Virus record (IMG/VR): IMGVR_UViG_3300044620_001883
Coordinates: 32,001 to 96,000 of that record
Reading direction: 5' to 3' (one strand)
Source of the DNA: a virus
Lineage: Duplodnaviria; Caudoviricetes
Length of the DNA: 64,000 nt
The notes beneath the pieces are model-generated. The model saw only the letters and a program-made list of their open reading frames with translations, was not told the DNA's origin and did not search any database. The translations under genes were made by a program, and so were the position numbers. Each line of letters begins with the position of its first letter. Positions within the stretch are counted from its first letter, which is position 1. This document shows, one piece after another, positions 17,028 through 26,097 of this stretch.

Positions 17028-18682
17028 TACGTAAGCCAGTAATTGATATGGAGCAGTACGCACGCGGAATGCTCAAGCTCCCGGCAGTACTGAAGCGCAT
17101 GGGTTTTCAACGTATGCGCGAAGGGCAGGATGCCGTTGCGGCCAGCCTGATGGCAGGGCGGGACACGATTGGCATCCTCCCGACCGGCACCGGCAAGAGC
17201 GCCTGTTTTATTATCCCGACATTGTGTTTGGGTCTCAAGACGTTGGTGTTCCTGCCCTTGATCAGCTTGATGGCGGACCAGGTGCAGTCCGCGGTAGCCA
17301 AGGGCGCCAGGGTAGGCAGCATTTCGAGCCACAACCCGGCGCTGCATGCCGAGACAGTCCGCGCGTGGTTGCGAGGAGACCTGGATCTGCTGTTCGTGGC
17401 GCCGGAGCGTCTTCGTCGTGATGATTTCATGGCCGCCATGCGGAAGGTGCCTCCGGATATGATCGTCCTCGATGAGGCCCACTGTATCTCCACCTGGTCG
17501 GTCACGTTCCGTCCGGCCTATAAGATCATCGGTGATTTCATCACAGCTTTGCAGCCCAAGATCGTGGCGGCTTTCACGGCCACGTGTCCTGCCCAGGTTG
17601 AGCACGACATCCGTCACGTGATGTGTATTGAGGACGCGCATCTGTCCATGCATTACCCGCGGCGCAGAAACCTGGAACTCAAGTCGGAAGACTGGCAAGG
17701 TGCTGCGCCTTTGGCCTCGCTGTTGACGCAGCAGACCGAGGGTGCTGCGATTGTGTACTGCGCAACCAAACGCCGGACCGAGGAGCTGGCTTTGGAGCTG
17801 CAGAAAATCACGGGGGAGCAGGTGGGGTTCTACCATGGTGGGCTGGCACCCGCGGCGCGCAACTACATCCAGTCGCAGTTCATGACAGGAGAGATACCTT
17901 GGTTGTGTGCGACCAACGCATTCGGGATGGGTATCGACAAGAGCAACATCCGGCTGGTTGTTCATAGAGATATTCCAGGTTCCATTGAGGCGCAGATGCA
18001 GGAGGATGGGCGTGCCGGGCGTGATGGTTTACGCTCCACCTGCCTGACCTACTTCAGTCCGGACTCGGTGCGCACGCAGGAATACCTGATCAACCTCAGC
18101 AGTCCATCCTTCGGCGAAGTGCGACAGGTGCACAAGGCGCTGGTCAAGCATGCGGCAAATCATGATGGTTTGATCTCTCTGTCCTATGAGGACCTCAGCA
18201 AGGCCGCGGGGCTACACGCACCCCGGCTGGCGGCCATCATGAACATTCTTTCCGGTGCACGCGTCACAGACCGTGCAGCCGCGACAGAAAAGATATGCAG
18301 CGTGCGCTTGCGTAACAAAGTGGACAGTCCGGTTGTAACGTCGCTGTTGGAGTTGTTGCAACAGTGTGGCGTGCCTGCGGCCAATGGTTACATCGATGTG
18401 CCAATGTGCACGCTCGTGGAGGAGCTGAATGTACAGGAAAGCACAGTGAAGCGCCGGCTTGGGGATCTGGCCAAGCAGCAAATCATCGACTACATACCAC
18501 CGGACTCGCAGCGTCCGATCAAGCTGATTGGTGACCTCAGTCAAGTTGACGCAGAGCTGGTGGACGAACTGCGTGAAAAGGCCTTCTGGCGACTTAGCCA
18601 AACTGTCGAGTACGCGACGAAGATTCCAGACAGGGACAAGCACAAGTTTGTGGAAGACCAACTAGGCATCATCAGCATCTAA
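17006..18682 (+). CDS. recQ: RecQ-family DNA helicase
   Basis: LPTGTGKS, DEAHC, FRPAY, TAT, YHGG, ATNAFGMGID, QEDGRAGRDG. Confidence 0.95.
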   Translation: MSQPRYIVRKPVIDMEQYARGMLKLPAVLKRMGFQRMREGQDAVAASLMAGRDTIGILPTGTGKSACFIIPTLCLGLKTLVFLPLISLMADQVQSAVAKGARVGSISSHNPALHAETVRAWLRGDLDLLFVAPERLRRDDFMAAMRKVPPDMIVLDEAHCISTWSVTFRPAYKIIGDFITALQPKIVAAFTATCPAQVEHDIRHVMCIEDAHLSMHYPRRRNLELKSEDWQGAAPLASLLTQQTEGAAIVYCATKRRTEELALELQKITGEQVGFYHGGLAPAARNYIQSQFMTGEIPWLCATNAFGMGIDKSNIRLVVHRDIPGSIEAQMQEDGRAGRDGLRSTCLTYFSPDSVRTQEYLINLSSPSFGEVRQVHKALVKHAANHDGLISLSYEDLSKAAGLHAPRLAAIMNILSGARVTDRAAATEKICSVRLRNKVDSPVVTSLLELLQQCGVPAANGYIDVPMCTLVEELNVQESTVKRRLGDLAKQQIIDYIPPDSQRPIKLIGDLSQVDAELVDELREKAFWRLSQTVEYATKIPDRDKHKFVEDQLGIISI

Positions 18683-18687
18683 ACCCC

Positions 18688-19110
18688 ATGGACAACCGCC
18701 TGCTGCAAGAGTACATCGATATTACCAAGAAGCTACCTCCCCCGGTACCCCCGCGCATCGTCACTCTTCTGGACGACGTCAATTTCATGCTTTGCATGTG
18801 TGGTAAGCGAAAGCGCAAGGTGGATATGCCACCGCGCCACAGCGGCGTAGTACGCTTTCATGACAACATCTGCCGGGGTTGCGTGGCCCAGGCCAAAGAC
18901 TGGGCTGCCGTGGTGTGTACACGCTGCAAAGAAGTAGTGGCACGCATGGAGCCGGGCGGTAAGGAGAAAGACGGCTGGACATTCAAAAGGAACGGCATAT
19001 ACCATGTCGTCAACTGTGCCTCTTGCTGTCCCGGATTGGAGTCCGTCGAAATCGTCGAACGCATTCTTTGGCGGCAGAGGAACAATCTACCCATACCCAA
19101 ATCATCATGA
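18688..19110 (+). CDS. Cys-rich (multi-Zn) hypothetical protein
   Basis: CMC, CRGC, CTRC, CASC. Confidence 0.75.
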   Translation: MDNRLLQEYIDITKKLPPPVPPRIVTLLDDVNFMLCMCGKRKRKVDMPPRHSGVVRFHDNICRGCVAQAKDWAAVVCTRCKEVVARMEPGGKEKDGWTFKRNGIYHVVNCASCCPGLESVEIVERILWRQRNNLPIPKSS

Positions 19111-19670
19111 GTCTGACAAGAAACAATCCAAAGATCTCCCGGCGTGTGCTCATCTACGCCATGGACAAAGCCCTCATTCCCATGAAGGAAGGCACAGACA
19201 AAGTCATCGAGGAGCAGTGCCGCATTATCGGTACGGACCCAACAGGTGTGAATCTCAAATTCCCATGCACGCGGGCCGCCATCGCTCAGGCTGTTGGACG
19301 TAACGACGCCGGTAAACCGACACGCGCGCCGTTCCATTTGCTGCCGGAACACACACGTTTCCTCGTGTGTCTGGATGACGCTGGCCGTGTCGTGCGCACG
19401 GACACCATCAGCGACATCGAGCCCAGCCGTTTGGAGCGTTCCAAGGACGGTACAACCGTCGATGTGCGGGTGGAATCTGACGCACTAGGAACGCTGCGGG
19501 TGGAGAATTATCCGCAGCGCTTTGGTTTCGAAGCCGTGCGTCGGATCGTATCCAGCATGTCTGATGTGGAAGCTTTCAAGGTGGGTGATGCCTTCGGGGC
19601 TGCCACGATCTCGGCCATTGAAGGCAACTTGGTGCGTCTGACGCCCGAGGTGACGGCGGACGAGAGCTGA
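19107..19670 (+). CDS. Hypothetical protein
   Basis: ATGA overlap; 187 aa. Confidence 0.75.
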   Translation: MSLTRNNPKISRRVLIYAMDKALIPMKEGTDKVIEEQCRIIGTDPTGVNLKFPCTRAAIAQAVGRNDAGKPTRAPFHLLPEHTRFLVCLDDAGRVVRTDTISDIEPSRLERSKDGTTVDVRVESDALGTLRVENYPQRFGFEAVRRIVSSMSDVEAFKVGDAFGAATISAIEGNLVRLTPEVTADES

Positions 19671-19674
19671 GTTC

Positions 19675-19708
19675 GCAATACAGCGACCTTCCACGTTATA
19701 GATATTTG
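19675..19708 (+). promoter_or_regulatory. GCAATA-N15-TTATAGANNTTTG motif copy 2
   Basis: GCAATA 19675-80, TTATAGATATTTG 19696-19708; same spacing as copy 3. Confidence 0.65.
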
Positions 19709-20066
19709 GTGAAGAGATTCATCAACACGGTTGAGACCTGGGTCCGCAAGGGCAGCCAGGTCGCCCTGATCCAACTTGGTTGGATCGGGAAACCCCTCGC
19801 ACTATTGTGCGGGGTGGTTGTTGTAGGCGCACTTATCCTTGGCGGGTGTTCCGCCTTGGTTTGGGTGTTCGCCGACGGGCTGCGTATCCTGCTCGTCACC
19901 TTCGTGGTGGCGTGCATGGTGCCCTGGAATGCCGTCCTGCCTTTGTGCAGCGGTGTCGCAGCCCTTGTAGCGGTGGGAGAGTTGCTACCGACTCTCCTCA
20001 GCATACTGCCCACTTTGGGTAGTGTGTGGGTACTCCTAACGGTGCTGCGGGTCTTTCAGGGCCCGG
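19708..20066 (+). ncRNA. Structured leader/ncRNA L2
   Basis: At least 9 stems, e.g. GGTGAA-GAGA-TTCATC; GACCTGG/CCAGGTC enclosing GTCC-GCAA-GGGC; 11-bp stem 19765-19789; 9-bp stem 19976-19997; 12-bp stem 20001-20027; many G-U pairs. Confidence 0.6.
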
Positions 20067-20083
20067 AAAGGAGGTCAGCATGA
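19709..20083 (+). CDS. Hydrophobic ORF, possibly a by-product of the G/T-rich structured RNA
   Basis: GTG start, V/L/G-rich; overlaps L2 entirely. Confidence 0.3.
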   Translation: MKRFINTVETWVRKGSQVALIQLGWIGKPLALLCGVVVVGALILGGCSALVWVFADGLRILLVTFVVACMVPWNAVLPLCSGVAALVAVGELLPTLLSILPTLGSVWVLLTVLRVFQGPERRSA

Positions 20084-20859
20084 CAAAGCTGGCGTCCCTA
20101 CTAGGAGAGTTTGACGTCGATACATTGTTGGGCGACCCGCCCAGCGATGTACCTGCCGACCAGCCACCACACAATGGTGGGCTAGATCTGAACAGGATCA
20201 CAGGCGGAGGTGGGGATGGGGACGATGTATACCGGGGCCATCATCGGCCCTGCTATCAGTTCATCTACATCATACCTGGGGCAGGAGTGGTACCTCTATG
20301 GCGCCGCAAGTGCCTGAAGGAACTTCTGAGCTGTTGCCTGTTTCAGTTCCAGCAGCAATGGGAGCCCTGTCAGGAGTACCTGGAGATGTGGATGCTAGGG
20401 GTGACAAGTACCGCCAACTCTGAAATGGCATTCATGGTACCGGGCGGGGTGTCCGGGTGGGAGCACAAATCCATCTCAGAGCTCCGACAGCGTCATAGTC
20501 CGGAGCTTTCTGTGGTGACGTTGAAAATGAAGCTCCCACCATCTCCGTGGGAGCTTTGTCCTAACATCCACGTACCCGGCAGGGCCAGGAATGACAGCTG
20601 GGGAGTGCGCACCGTGCCTCTCAGCCAACTTCCCTTGGACGATCATTGGCCGCCCAAGATGGGGACAAGAATCCCATTTACCCCGAGCAGTACCGGCAGA
20701 GGAAAACTGCCAGGTCTGAACCTTACGGACAAGGAATGGGAGTGGGAAGGTGACTGGCGTCCAGGTGCCGGTGCAGTTGTCAATGCCGCGACGATCGGTA
20801 TGCAGGCGGGTGCCTTCTACACGGGTGTGTATGAGGATATGGGCGTAATCCCACGCTGA
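20080..20859 (+). CDS. Hypothetical protein downstream of L2
   Basis: Strong SD AAGGAGGT just upstream; 259 aa. Confidence 0.75.
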   Translation: MTKLASLLGEFDVDTLLGDPPSDVPADQPPHNGGLDLNRITGGGGDGDDVYRGHHRPCYQFIYIIPGAGVVPLWRRKCLKELLSCCLFQFQQQWEPCQEYLEMWMLGVTSTANSEMAFMVPGGVSGWEHKSISELRQRHSPELSVVTLKMKLPPSPWELCPNIHVPGRARNDSWGVRTVPLSQLPLDDHWPPKMGTRIPFTPSSTGRGKLPGLNLTDKEWEWEGDWRPGAGAVVNAATIGMQAGAFYTGVYEDMGVIPR

Positions 20860-20870
20860 CCTCTGAGGTC

Positions 20871-20901
20871 TCCAGCGGTAGGGGTGCACCCTGCCGCTGG
20901 A
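20871..20901 (+). terminator. 13-bp hairpin (terminator or processing site)
   Basis: TCCAGCGGTAGGG-GTGCA-CCCTGCCGCTGGA; no U-tract. Confidence 0.5.
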
Positions 20902-20931
20902 CATCCCCCATTCTATTAGCTATTGGTAAGC

Positions 20932-22512
20932 ATGCGTGAATTCAAACCAAAAGGTGTGGAGCTGTTTGACCCGGATGATTTCGGGACACAGCGTACTCAT
21001 ATTTTCGACAAGGTACACGACGCGGTGAAAACTTCGTTTCCGCGCAGTTTTGGCGGCGTGCGCATGGAGCTCAAGGACTCGACCTACGAGGGCCCGGAGG
21101 ACTTTTCTCCGGAGGAGCAAAAGCAGGCACTGCTGAACAACAAGTTTTTGGGGCGCCGGCTGCGCGGGACCCTGCAGCTGTTCGACGACAAGACCAACGA
21201 CGTGCTGGACGAACAGCGTGTGACGCTCATGAATGTTCCCTGGTTGTCGCCTCGCGGTACGTTTCTGCACGGCGGTTCAAACTACACAGCCGTGCGTCAG
21301 CTGCGGTTGGTCCCAGGTCCCTATGGGCGTGTCATGAACAACGGCAACACCGAGGTTCATTTCAACGTGCGGCCCGGATCCGGGTCCGGCTACCGGGTCA
21401 TGCTGGAGCCCGAAACGGCGCAGTTTAAGCTCAAGGTTGGGAAACAGTCAGAGGTGCATTTATATTCGGTCCTGAAGGACATGGGCGTCCAGGACGATCA
21501 CATCAAGGGTATGTGGGGGGATGGTACATGGGAACGCAACGCCAAAAAGTACAACCCCAAGGCGTTCCAACAGGCTTACGTCAAGCTGGTGCCCACCCGC
21601 GAACAGCTCCCTGATGCCCCCAGAGTGGATCAAGTCAAACAGCTACGTGCGGCATTTGACCGCTCCCAGATACTGGCAAGCGTGCGGGACCAACACCTGC
21701 CAACCATGGCAGACACCGTCAAGCGCGCGGCCTTGGGTCGTGAGTTGGCGACAACTGACAAGGACTACGAGGATCTCGAAAAGGCTTTCAAGCCAGACTT
21801 CACACCCGAGGATCTGACGGACGTCAAGAACGCCATTTACGGCAAGTCGGGACCGCAGCTGGCGTCCATGAAGCAGTGGCCGGATGCGTGGATTAACAAG
21901 GACGTAGATCCTATGGGCTGGTTGGAATGGTATGACAATTACGCGGGCGGGCGGCGCTCCGAGGACGACGCCAGGCAGATCCAGCGCTGGTTGCGTTTCA
22001 AGCGCCGAGCCGGTGCACAGTATGTACAGAACCCAACGGCACGCCGGGGACACGCTTTGCGGAACTGGGGGATTGATGCGCCGACCCTCCTACCACAGGA
22101 GCGACAGGAGGCTGCCCGCAAGGACATGGACGCGCACAAGGCACAAGCCTGGGGTGACTGGGCCGCGAAAAGGGCCAGCTTGACCCGGCAAGACTTGATC
22201 GCGCTGGCCAGGTATATCAACCAGCAGAGCCAGGCGGCGTTACCTCTTGAGGGCACAGTTGAGGAACTCGAGCAGGCGATCAGCATCTTTCTGACACGCC
22301 CCGATAATCCGGACGCAGGCAATGACGCAATGCTGGCAGCTTCCAGCCTCTTCAAAACGGCGACAATTGCGCACATGATGGCGCGTCACCCGGAAGACTT
22401 CCAGATGGTCTTCGAGGCGGGGGACAACTTGAAGATCAAGTACGCCAACAGCGCCCAGGCCTGCACCGTGGTTGCCACACCCTTCATGGAGGTACTTGGA
22501 TGTCTTATTTGA
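20932..22512 (+). CDS. RNA polymerase beta subunit, N-terminal fragment, fused to extra domains
   Basis: VTLMNVPWLSPRGTFLHGGSNYTAVRQLRLVPG matches the RpoB N-terminal block; then a DPMGWLEWY...GRR..DD.RQIQRW domain; KRAA/KRAS/KTA motifs. Confidence 0.85.
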   Translation: MREFKPKGVELFDPDDFGTQRTHIFDKVHDAVKTSFPRSFGGVRMELKDSTYEGPEDFSPEEQKQALLNNKFLGRRLRGTLQLFDDKTNDVLDEQRVTLMNVPWLSPRGTFLHGGSNYTAVRQLRLVPGPYGRVMNNGNTEVHFNVRPGSGSGYRVMLEPETAQFKLKVGKQSEVHLYSVLKDMGVQDDHIKGMWGDGTWERNAKKYNPKAFQQAYVKLVPTREQLPDAPRVDQVKQLRAAFDRSQILASVRDQHLPTMADTVKRAALGRELATTDKDYEDLEKAFKPDFTPEDLTDVKNAIYGKSGPQLASMKQWPDAWINKDVDPMGWLEWYDNYAGGRRSEDDARQIQRWLRFKRRAGAQYVQNPTARRGHALRNWGIDAPTLLPQERQEAARKDMDAHKAQAWGDWAAKRASLTRQDLIALARYINQQSQAALPLEGTVEELEQAISIFLTRPDNPDAGNDAMLAASSLFKTATIAHMMARHPEDFQMVFEAGDNLKIKYANSAQACTVVATPFMEVLGCLI

Positions 22513-22982
22513 TTCTGCATCTTCCCCTGCCAGACCGTTATCGCGGAGCCTGGGCTGCCGCGCAGTTAAAGCTTGGGTGCAAGCCGCATGATGCCGACTT
22601 GGATCCCGGCATCCTGCTCGCATTGCTTCCGGCAGGTGTGGATGTGGATGCCCTCCGCGCGGGCTTGCCTGAACGTATCAGCTGTACGCTCGGGGATGTG
22701 GAGCAACAGGCTTCAGCTTCAGGAGCCGCTGTGGTCATCAACGTGACAGGGGAGGTGTTGGAGGTCTGGGAAGATTTGATGACCAGCGGGGCTGAACATC
22801 TCGACAACACTCCCACCCTCACGCTGGCCACCGGCATGTACGACGCGCTGGAAGCTGTGCAGGACATGCTGAGCGGTCAACGTGTGTTCTTTGACACACT
22901 GGACGTGTTGGATCTTGAAACCGGAGAATGCGTGGCAAGTTTTGATTTGAACGGAACGGAGGACACTGACGATGACGACTGA
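22500..22982 (+). CDS. Hypothetical protein, possible degenerate 2H-phosphoesterase fold
   Basis: Secondary-structure pattern resembles T4 57B-like proteins but the HxT motifs read PGIL / PTLT. Confidence 0.6.
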   Translation: MSYLILHLPLPDRYRGAWAAAQLKLGCKPHDADLDPGILLALLPAGVDVDALRAGLPERISCTLGDVEQQASASGAAVVINVTGEVLEVWEDLMTSGAEHLDNTPTLTLATGMYDALEAVQDMLSGQRVFFDTLDVLDLETGECVASFDLNGTEDTDDDD

Positions 22983-23622
22983 TCTCGACGTACTTGATAA
23001 TGCTGATATTCCTTCGGCTTCCGACGACCACTATGTACCAGTTGGTGTCGACGGTGTACTGGCTGCAACGCAAAAAGCGCTGGCGATCAATCGCGGCTTG
23101 GCCGAGCAGGACCACCGTGATGGTATTCAGTTCAAGCGCATCATGAACACACCCGACTTGTTGTCTGAGCGTGTACGGTTGGACGCAACCGGCTCCTTGC
23201 GCAAAACACTGGGCTACGCGGCCCGGCACCGATCCTTAAAAGGGTTTATGCCTGGAGCATTGAGCGATCTCGTGACGAAGCACATCACAGCCAGTCAGCT
23301 CGCTTCTCCTTTGGAGGAAATCAACCCGCTCGACGTCGCAAACCAGGCAAGGCGTGTCACGTTATTGGGTCCAGGCGGGGTCAGCAGCGCTGACATGATC
23401 ACAGATTCGATGCAGGCAATTCACCCCTCGATCTTTGGTTTCTTGTCCCCTATTGAAGGTCCTGAATCAGGGTCGGCCGGTGTCGACACCAGGTTGGCCA
23501 ACGGCGTCAAGATCGGGAGCAATGGGCGGCTGTACCAAAAGTTCAGAAATCCCCGCACGGGTGACATTCACTGGTTGTCCCCGGAAGATCTGCGCGGTAA
23601 GGTGATTGGCCTGCCCCGGTGA
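22972..23622 (+). CDS. RNA polymerase beta subunit, middle fragment (fork loop 2 / rifampicin pocket)
   Basis: DHRDGIQFKRI, SQLASPLEEINPL..RRVTLLGPGG, HPSIFGFLSPIEGPESGSAG. Confidence 0.92.
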   Translation: MTTDLDVLDNADIPSASDDHYVPVGVDGVLAATQKALAINRGLAEQDHRDGIQFKRIMNTPDLLSERVRLDATGSLRKTLGYAARHRSLKGFMPGALSDLVTKHITASQLASPLEEINPLDVANQARRVTLLGPGGVSSADMITDSMQAIHPSIFGFLSPIEGPESGSAGVDTRLANGVKIGSNGRLYQKFRNPRTGDIHWLSPEDLRGKVIGLPR

Positions 23623-23667
23623 ATTTCTTTTTGACAGGCTTCAACTCTCAACGTTCCTTTAAGTACT

Positions 23668-25248
23668 ATGTCACTCATCCTCCGCCCCCTTCGCACTGGT
23701 ATCTTCGGTTTTGGTCAGAAATATGTCCGGAACCTTGCGAACCGGGAAGACTTCACGATTCCAGCAGAGTTCGCGCTCGACAAAGAGGTCCTGGCGGCTG
23801 TCCGCAGCCATGTCGCCGCTGGCTACATGCAGGTCGTCAAATCGGACGCCATCCACGGCATCTCTTCGGTGCGTCCAAGCACAGCACGCAAAACACTTCT
23901 GGTACAGATCGGTGCCGGCGGGGTCATTCCAAATGGCGCCACGCTCAACAAGGTCACGCTTGGTGGGGTTCCCTTCACGTTCGGCAACTCCAACATTGAC
24001 GGCGCAACCACCGCCGCCCTGCTCGCCGCCTTCTTGGTGGAACTTGCAGCCAGCACCGACTTCGCCGCCACGGGCGCAACAGTACGCAGCTCCACTGAGC
24101 TGGCCACCCCCGCGGCTATTGCGGCCTCCGGTACGCTGACCGCCGCCGCTGCGCCTGCCAACAACGACACGGTCACGATCGGTGGCACTGTTTACACTTT
24201 CAAGACGGCGATCCAAGGCGTCACGGCCAATGAGATTCTGGTGGAGGTGGCAGCCAGCGACGCGTTGGACAACCTGATCGCCGCTATCACTGGTGGAGCT
24301 GGCAGCGGTACAAAGTACGGCTCGGCAACCGTCGCGCACACAACCGTTACGGCAGCTGCCGGCGCGGGTGATACAATCACGGTCACGGCCTCCACCGCCG
24401 GTTCGGCGGGCAACGCCATCGCCACCACGGAAACCGGCGCGAATCTTTCCTTCGGCGCAGCGACACTCACTGGCGGCGCGGACACGCATGCGGTTGTGAT
24501 CATCGACGGGGATGACGTCGCCGATTGGACTGCCTTTGGAGATGCCAGCAGCGTGACAGGTTCTAATGACCTGCCGCTGGCTACGCCGCTGGTGTCCTTG
24601 GAATTCAAAGCCGGCGCATATGCGACCGGCACGCTCACGAGCAACAACACCAATGTCACAGAAGGCGACACGGTCACGATTGTCGACAAGGTTTACACTT
24701 TCATGGCAACCCCAGCCGAAGAAGGTGATGTGGACATCGGCGCAGACGCCGATGGAAGCCTCCTGAATCTGATCCGTGCCATCAACCACTCCGGCACCCC
24801 GGACACGAATTACGTCTGTGCACTGCCACATCCGCACGTGACAGCCGCCACGTCAGTCACTTCCCACGCCTTTGCGGTCACGGCACGCGTTCCCGGCACC
24901 GATGGCAACAGCATTCCAACCACTGAGGTGGCGGCGACACTCTCCTGGGGAGCTGCGACTCTCGCAGGTGGCACTGACGTGCTGGATACCATCGCGACAG
25001 ACGTTCCCGTCTATGTGTCTCGCACGGTCACCGCGGCTGATGTCAGCCGTGGTTACATTGAACTCGACACAGGCCTCACAAATCTGTCCACCAAGTTCGC
25101 GGTCCGCATCACCCGTTCCGGCACCGCTGTGCTGCATGACGGCACCGTGAATGTCAAGGGCTCGGCCATCATCCTGATCCAGAACAACGGCAGTGTGGAC
25201 TTTGTCGCTGGTGACATCGTCCAGGCCTTCGCCGCCGGTGCTGATTGA
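23668..25248 (+). CDS. Virion structural protein with an internally duplicated beta-rich domain
   Basis: Two copies of A(S/T)GTLT..DTVTI...YTF..NLI.AI..G(N).I.TTE..LS(F/W)GAATL.GG.D; Ala/Thr/Gly-rich. Confidence 0.7.
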   Translation: MSLILRPLRTGIFGFGQKYVRNLANREDFTIPAEFALDKEVLAAVRSHVAAGYMQVVKSDAIHGISSVRPSTARKTLLVQIGAGGVIPNGATLNKVTLGGVPFTFGNSNIDGATTAALLAAFLVELAASTDFAATGATVRSSTELATPAAIAASGTLTAAAAPANNDTVTIGGTVYTFKTAIQGVTANEILVEVAASDALDNLIAAITGGAGSGTKYGSATVAHTTVTAAAGAGDTITVTASTAGSAGNAIATTETGANLSFGAATLTGGADTHAVVIIDGDDVADWTAFGDASSVTGSNDLPLATPLVSLEFKAGAYATGTLTSNNTNVTEGDTVTIVDKVYTFMATPAEEGDVDIGADADGSLLNLIRAINHSGTPDTNYVCALPHPHVTAATSVTSHAFAVTARVPGTDGNSIPTTEVAATLSWGAATLAGGTDVLDTIATDVPVYVSRTVTAADVSRGYIELDTGLTNLSTKFAVRITRSGTAVLHDGTVNVKGSAIILIQNNGSVDFVAGDIVQAFAAGAD

Positions 25249-25292
25249 TTTCCCTGCATTCCACAACAACCCCACCCACCCATACCCCGTAT

Positions 25293-25508
25293 ATGATTCC
25301 CTCCTCCGCCTACGTTAAACGCGCCTCGCAGATGTTCTTGCTTGGCGTCTCCGCTGAAGCACGCTCCCGTCACCAGGATTCCAGCAAGCTCCTGGAGAAG
25401 GTCGCCAGTGCCGCCCCCCGTCTGCAGGAACAGGCCGAAAAGGCTGTCCTGGGCACCTGTCTCTTCATCGACGCGCTGACGTCTCGCCTCAATGGGCAAG
25501 CCGCCTGA
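25293..25508 (+). CDS. Small KxA-motif protein (putative virion)
   Basis: VKRAS, EKVAS. Confidence 0.65.
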   Translation: MIPSSAYVKRASQMFLLGVSAEARSRHQDSSKLLEKVASAAPRLQEQAEKAVLGTCLFIDALTSRLNGQAA

Positions 25509-26097
25509 TGCCAGGTTATCCCGCGCGACCCATGAGCGGTTCGTGTGGTTTGTTCAGCAGCAACTTCAGTTACAGAAACGGAACGTGGTATCTCTCGGGG
25601 TACCACGTTCTGTGTTTTACAACTGGTGCAAAATGAGGCACCGACCAGGAAGGCGGCGTGCGGTACAAGTGTTACGCCTTCTAGGATTCAGCTGGGGTGA
25701 GTTTAGGGCGGCGGGCATGGTGACCCCGGAGGAAGGTTTGCCGGAGCTGCCGGTCAACGCAGGGATCGTCTGGGATCTCGCCAATATGTTCTCCCTCATC
25801 CTGGAAGAACCGGCGACGATCACAACAGACACACAACCCAACGCCGTGTGGTTTGCCAGGGTGCGGACTTTACACCTGGTTGTACACATGTCCCGCTGGT
25901 GTGAAGTATTTGACGGTCCTGCTTTGGTGTTGGCTGGTCAGTACTCGACAGGCTTCAGGAATGAGTGCGCCCGTATTGCGCGTTTAATCAGCGCACCTGT
26001 GCGGCGGCACAAGAAGAAATCGCAGATGAGCATTTCACGCTTGCAAAGCAAGATGCGTGCGCTTCATCTTAGCGGTGATGGTTCCTCCCAATGCTGA
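25492..26097 (+). CDS. XRE/Cro-like HTH protein
   Basis: LGVPRSVFYNWCKMRHRPGRRRAVQVLRLLG. Confidence 0.55.
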   Translation: MGKPPDARLSRATHERFVWFVQQQLQLQKRNVVSLGVPRSVFYNWCKMRHRPGRRRAVQVLRLLGFSWGEFRAAGMVTPEEGLPELPVNAGIVWDLANMFSLILEEPATITTDTQPNAVWFARVRTLHLVVHMSRWCEVFDGPALVLAGQYSTGFRNECARIARLISAPVRRHKKKSQMSISRLQSKMRALHLSGDGSSQC

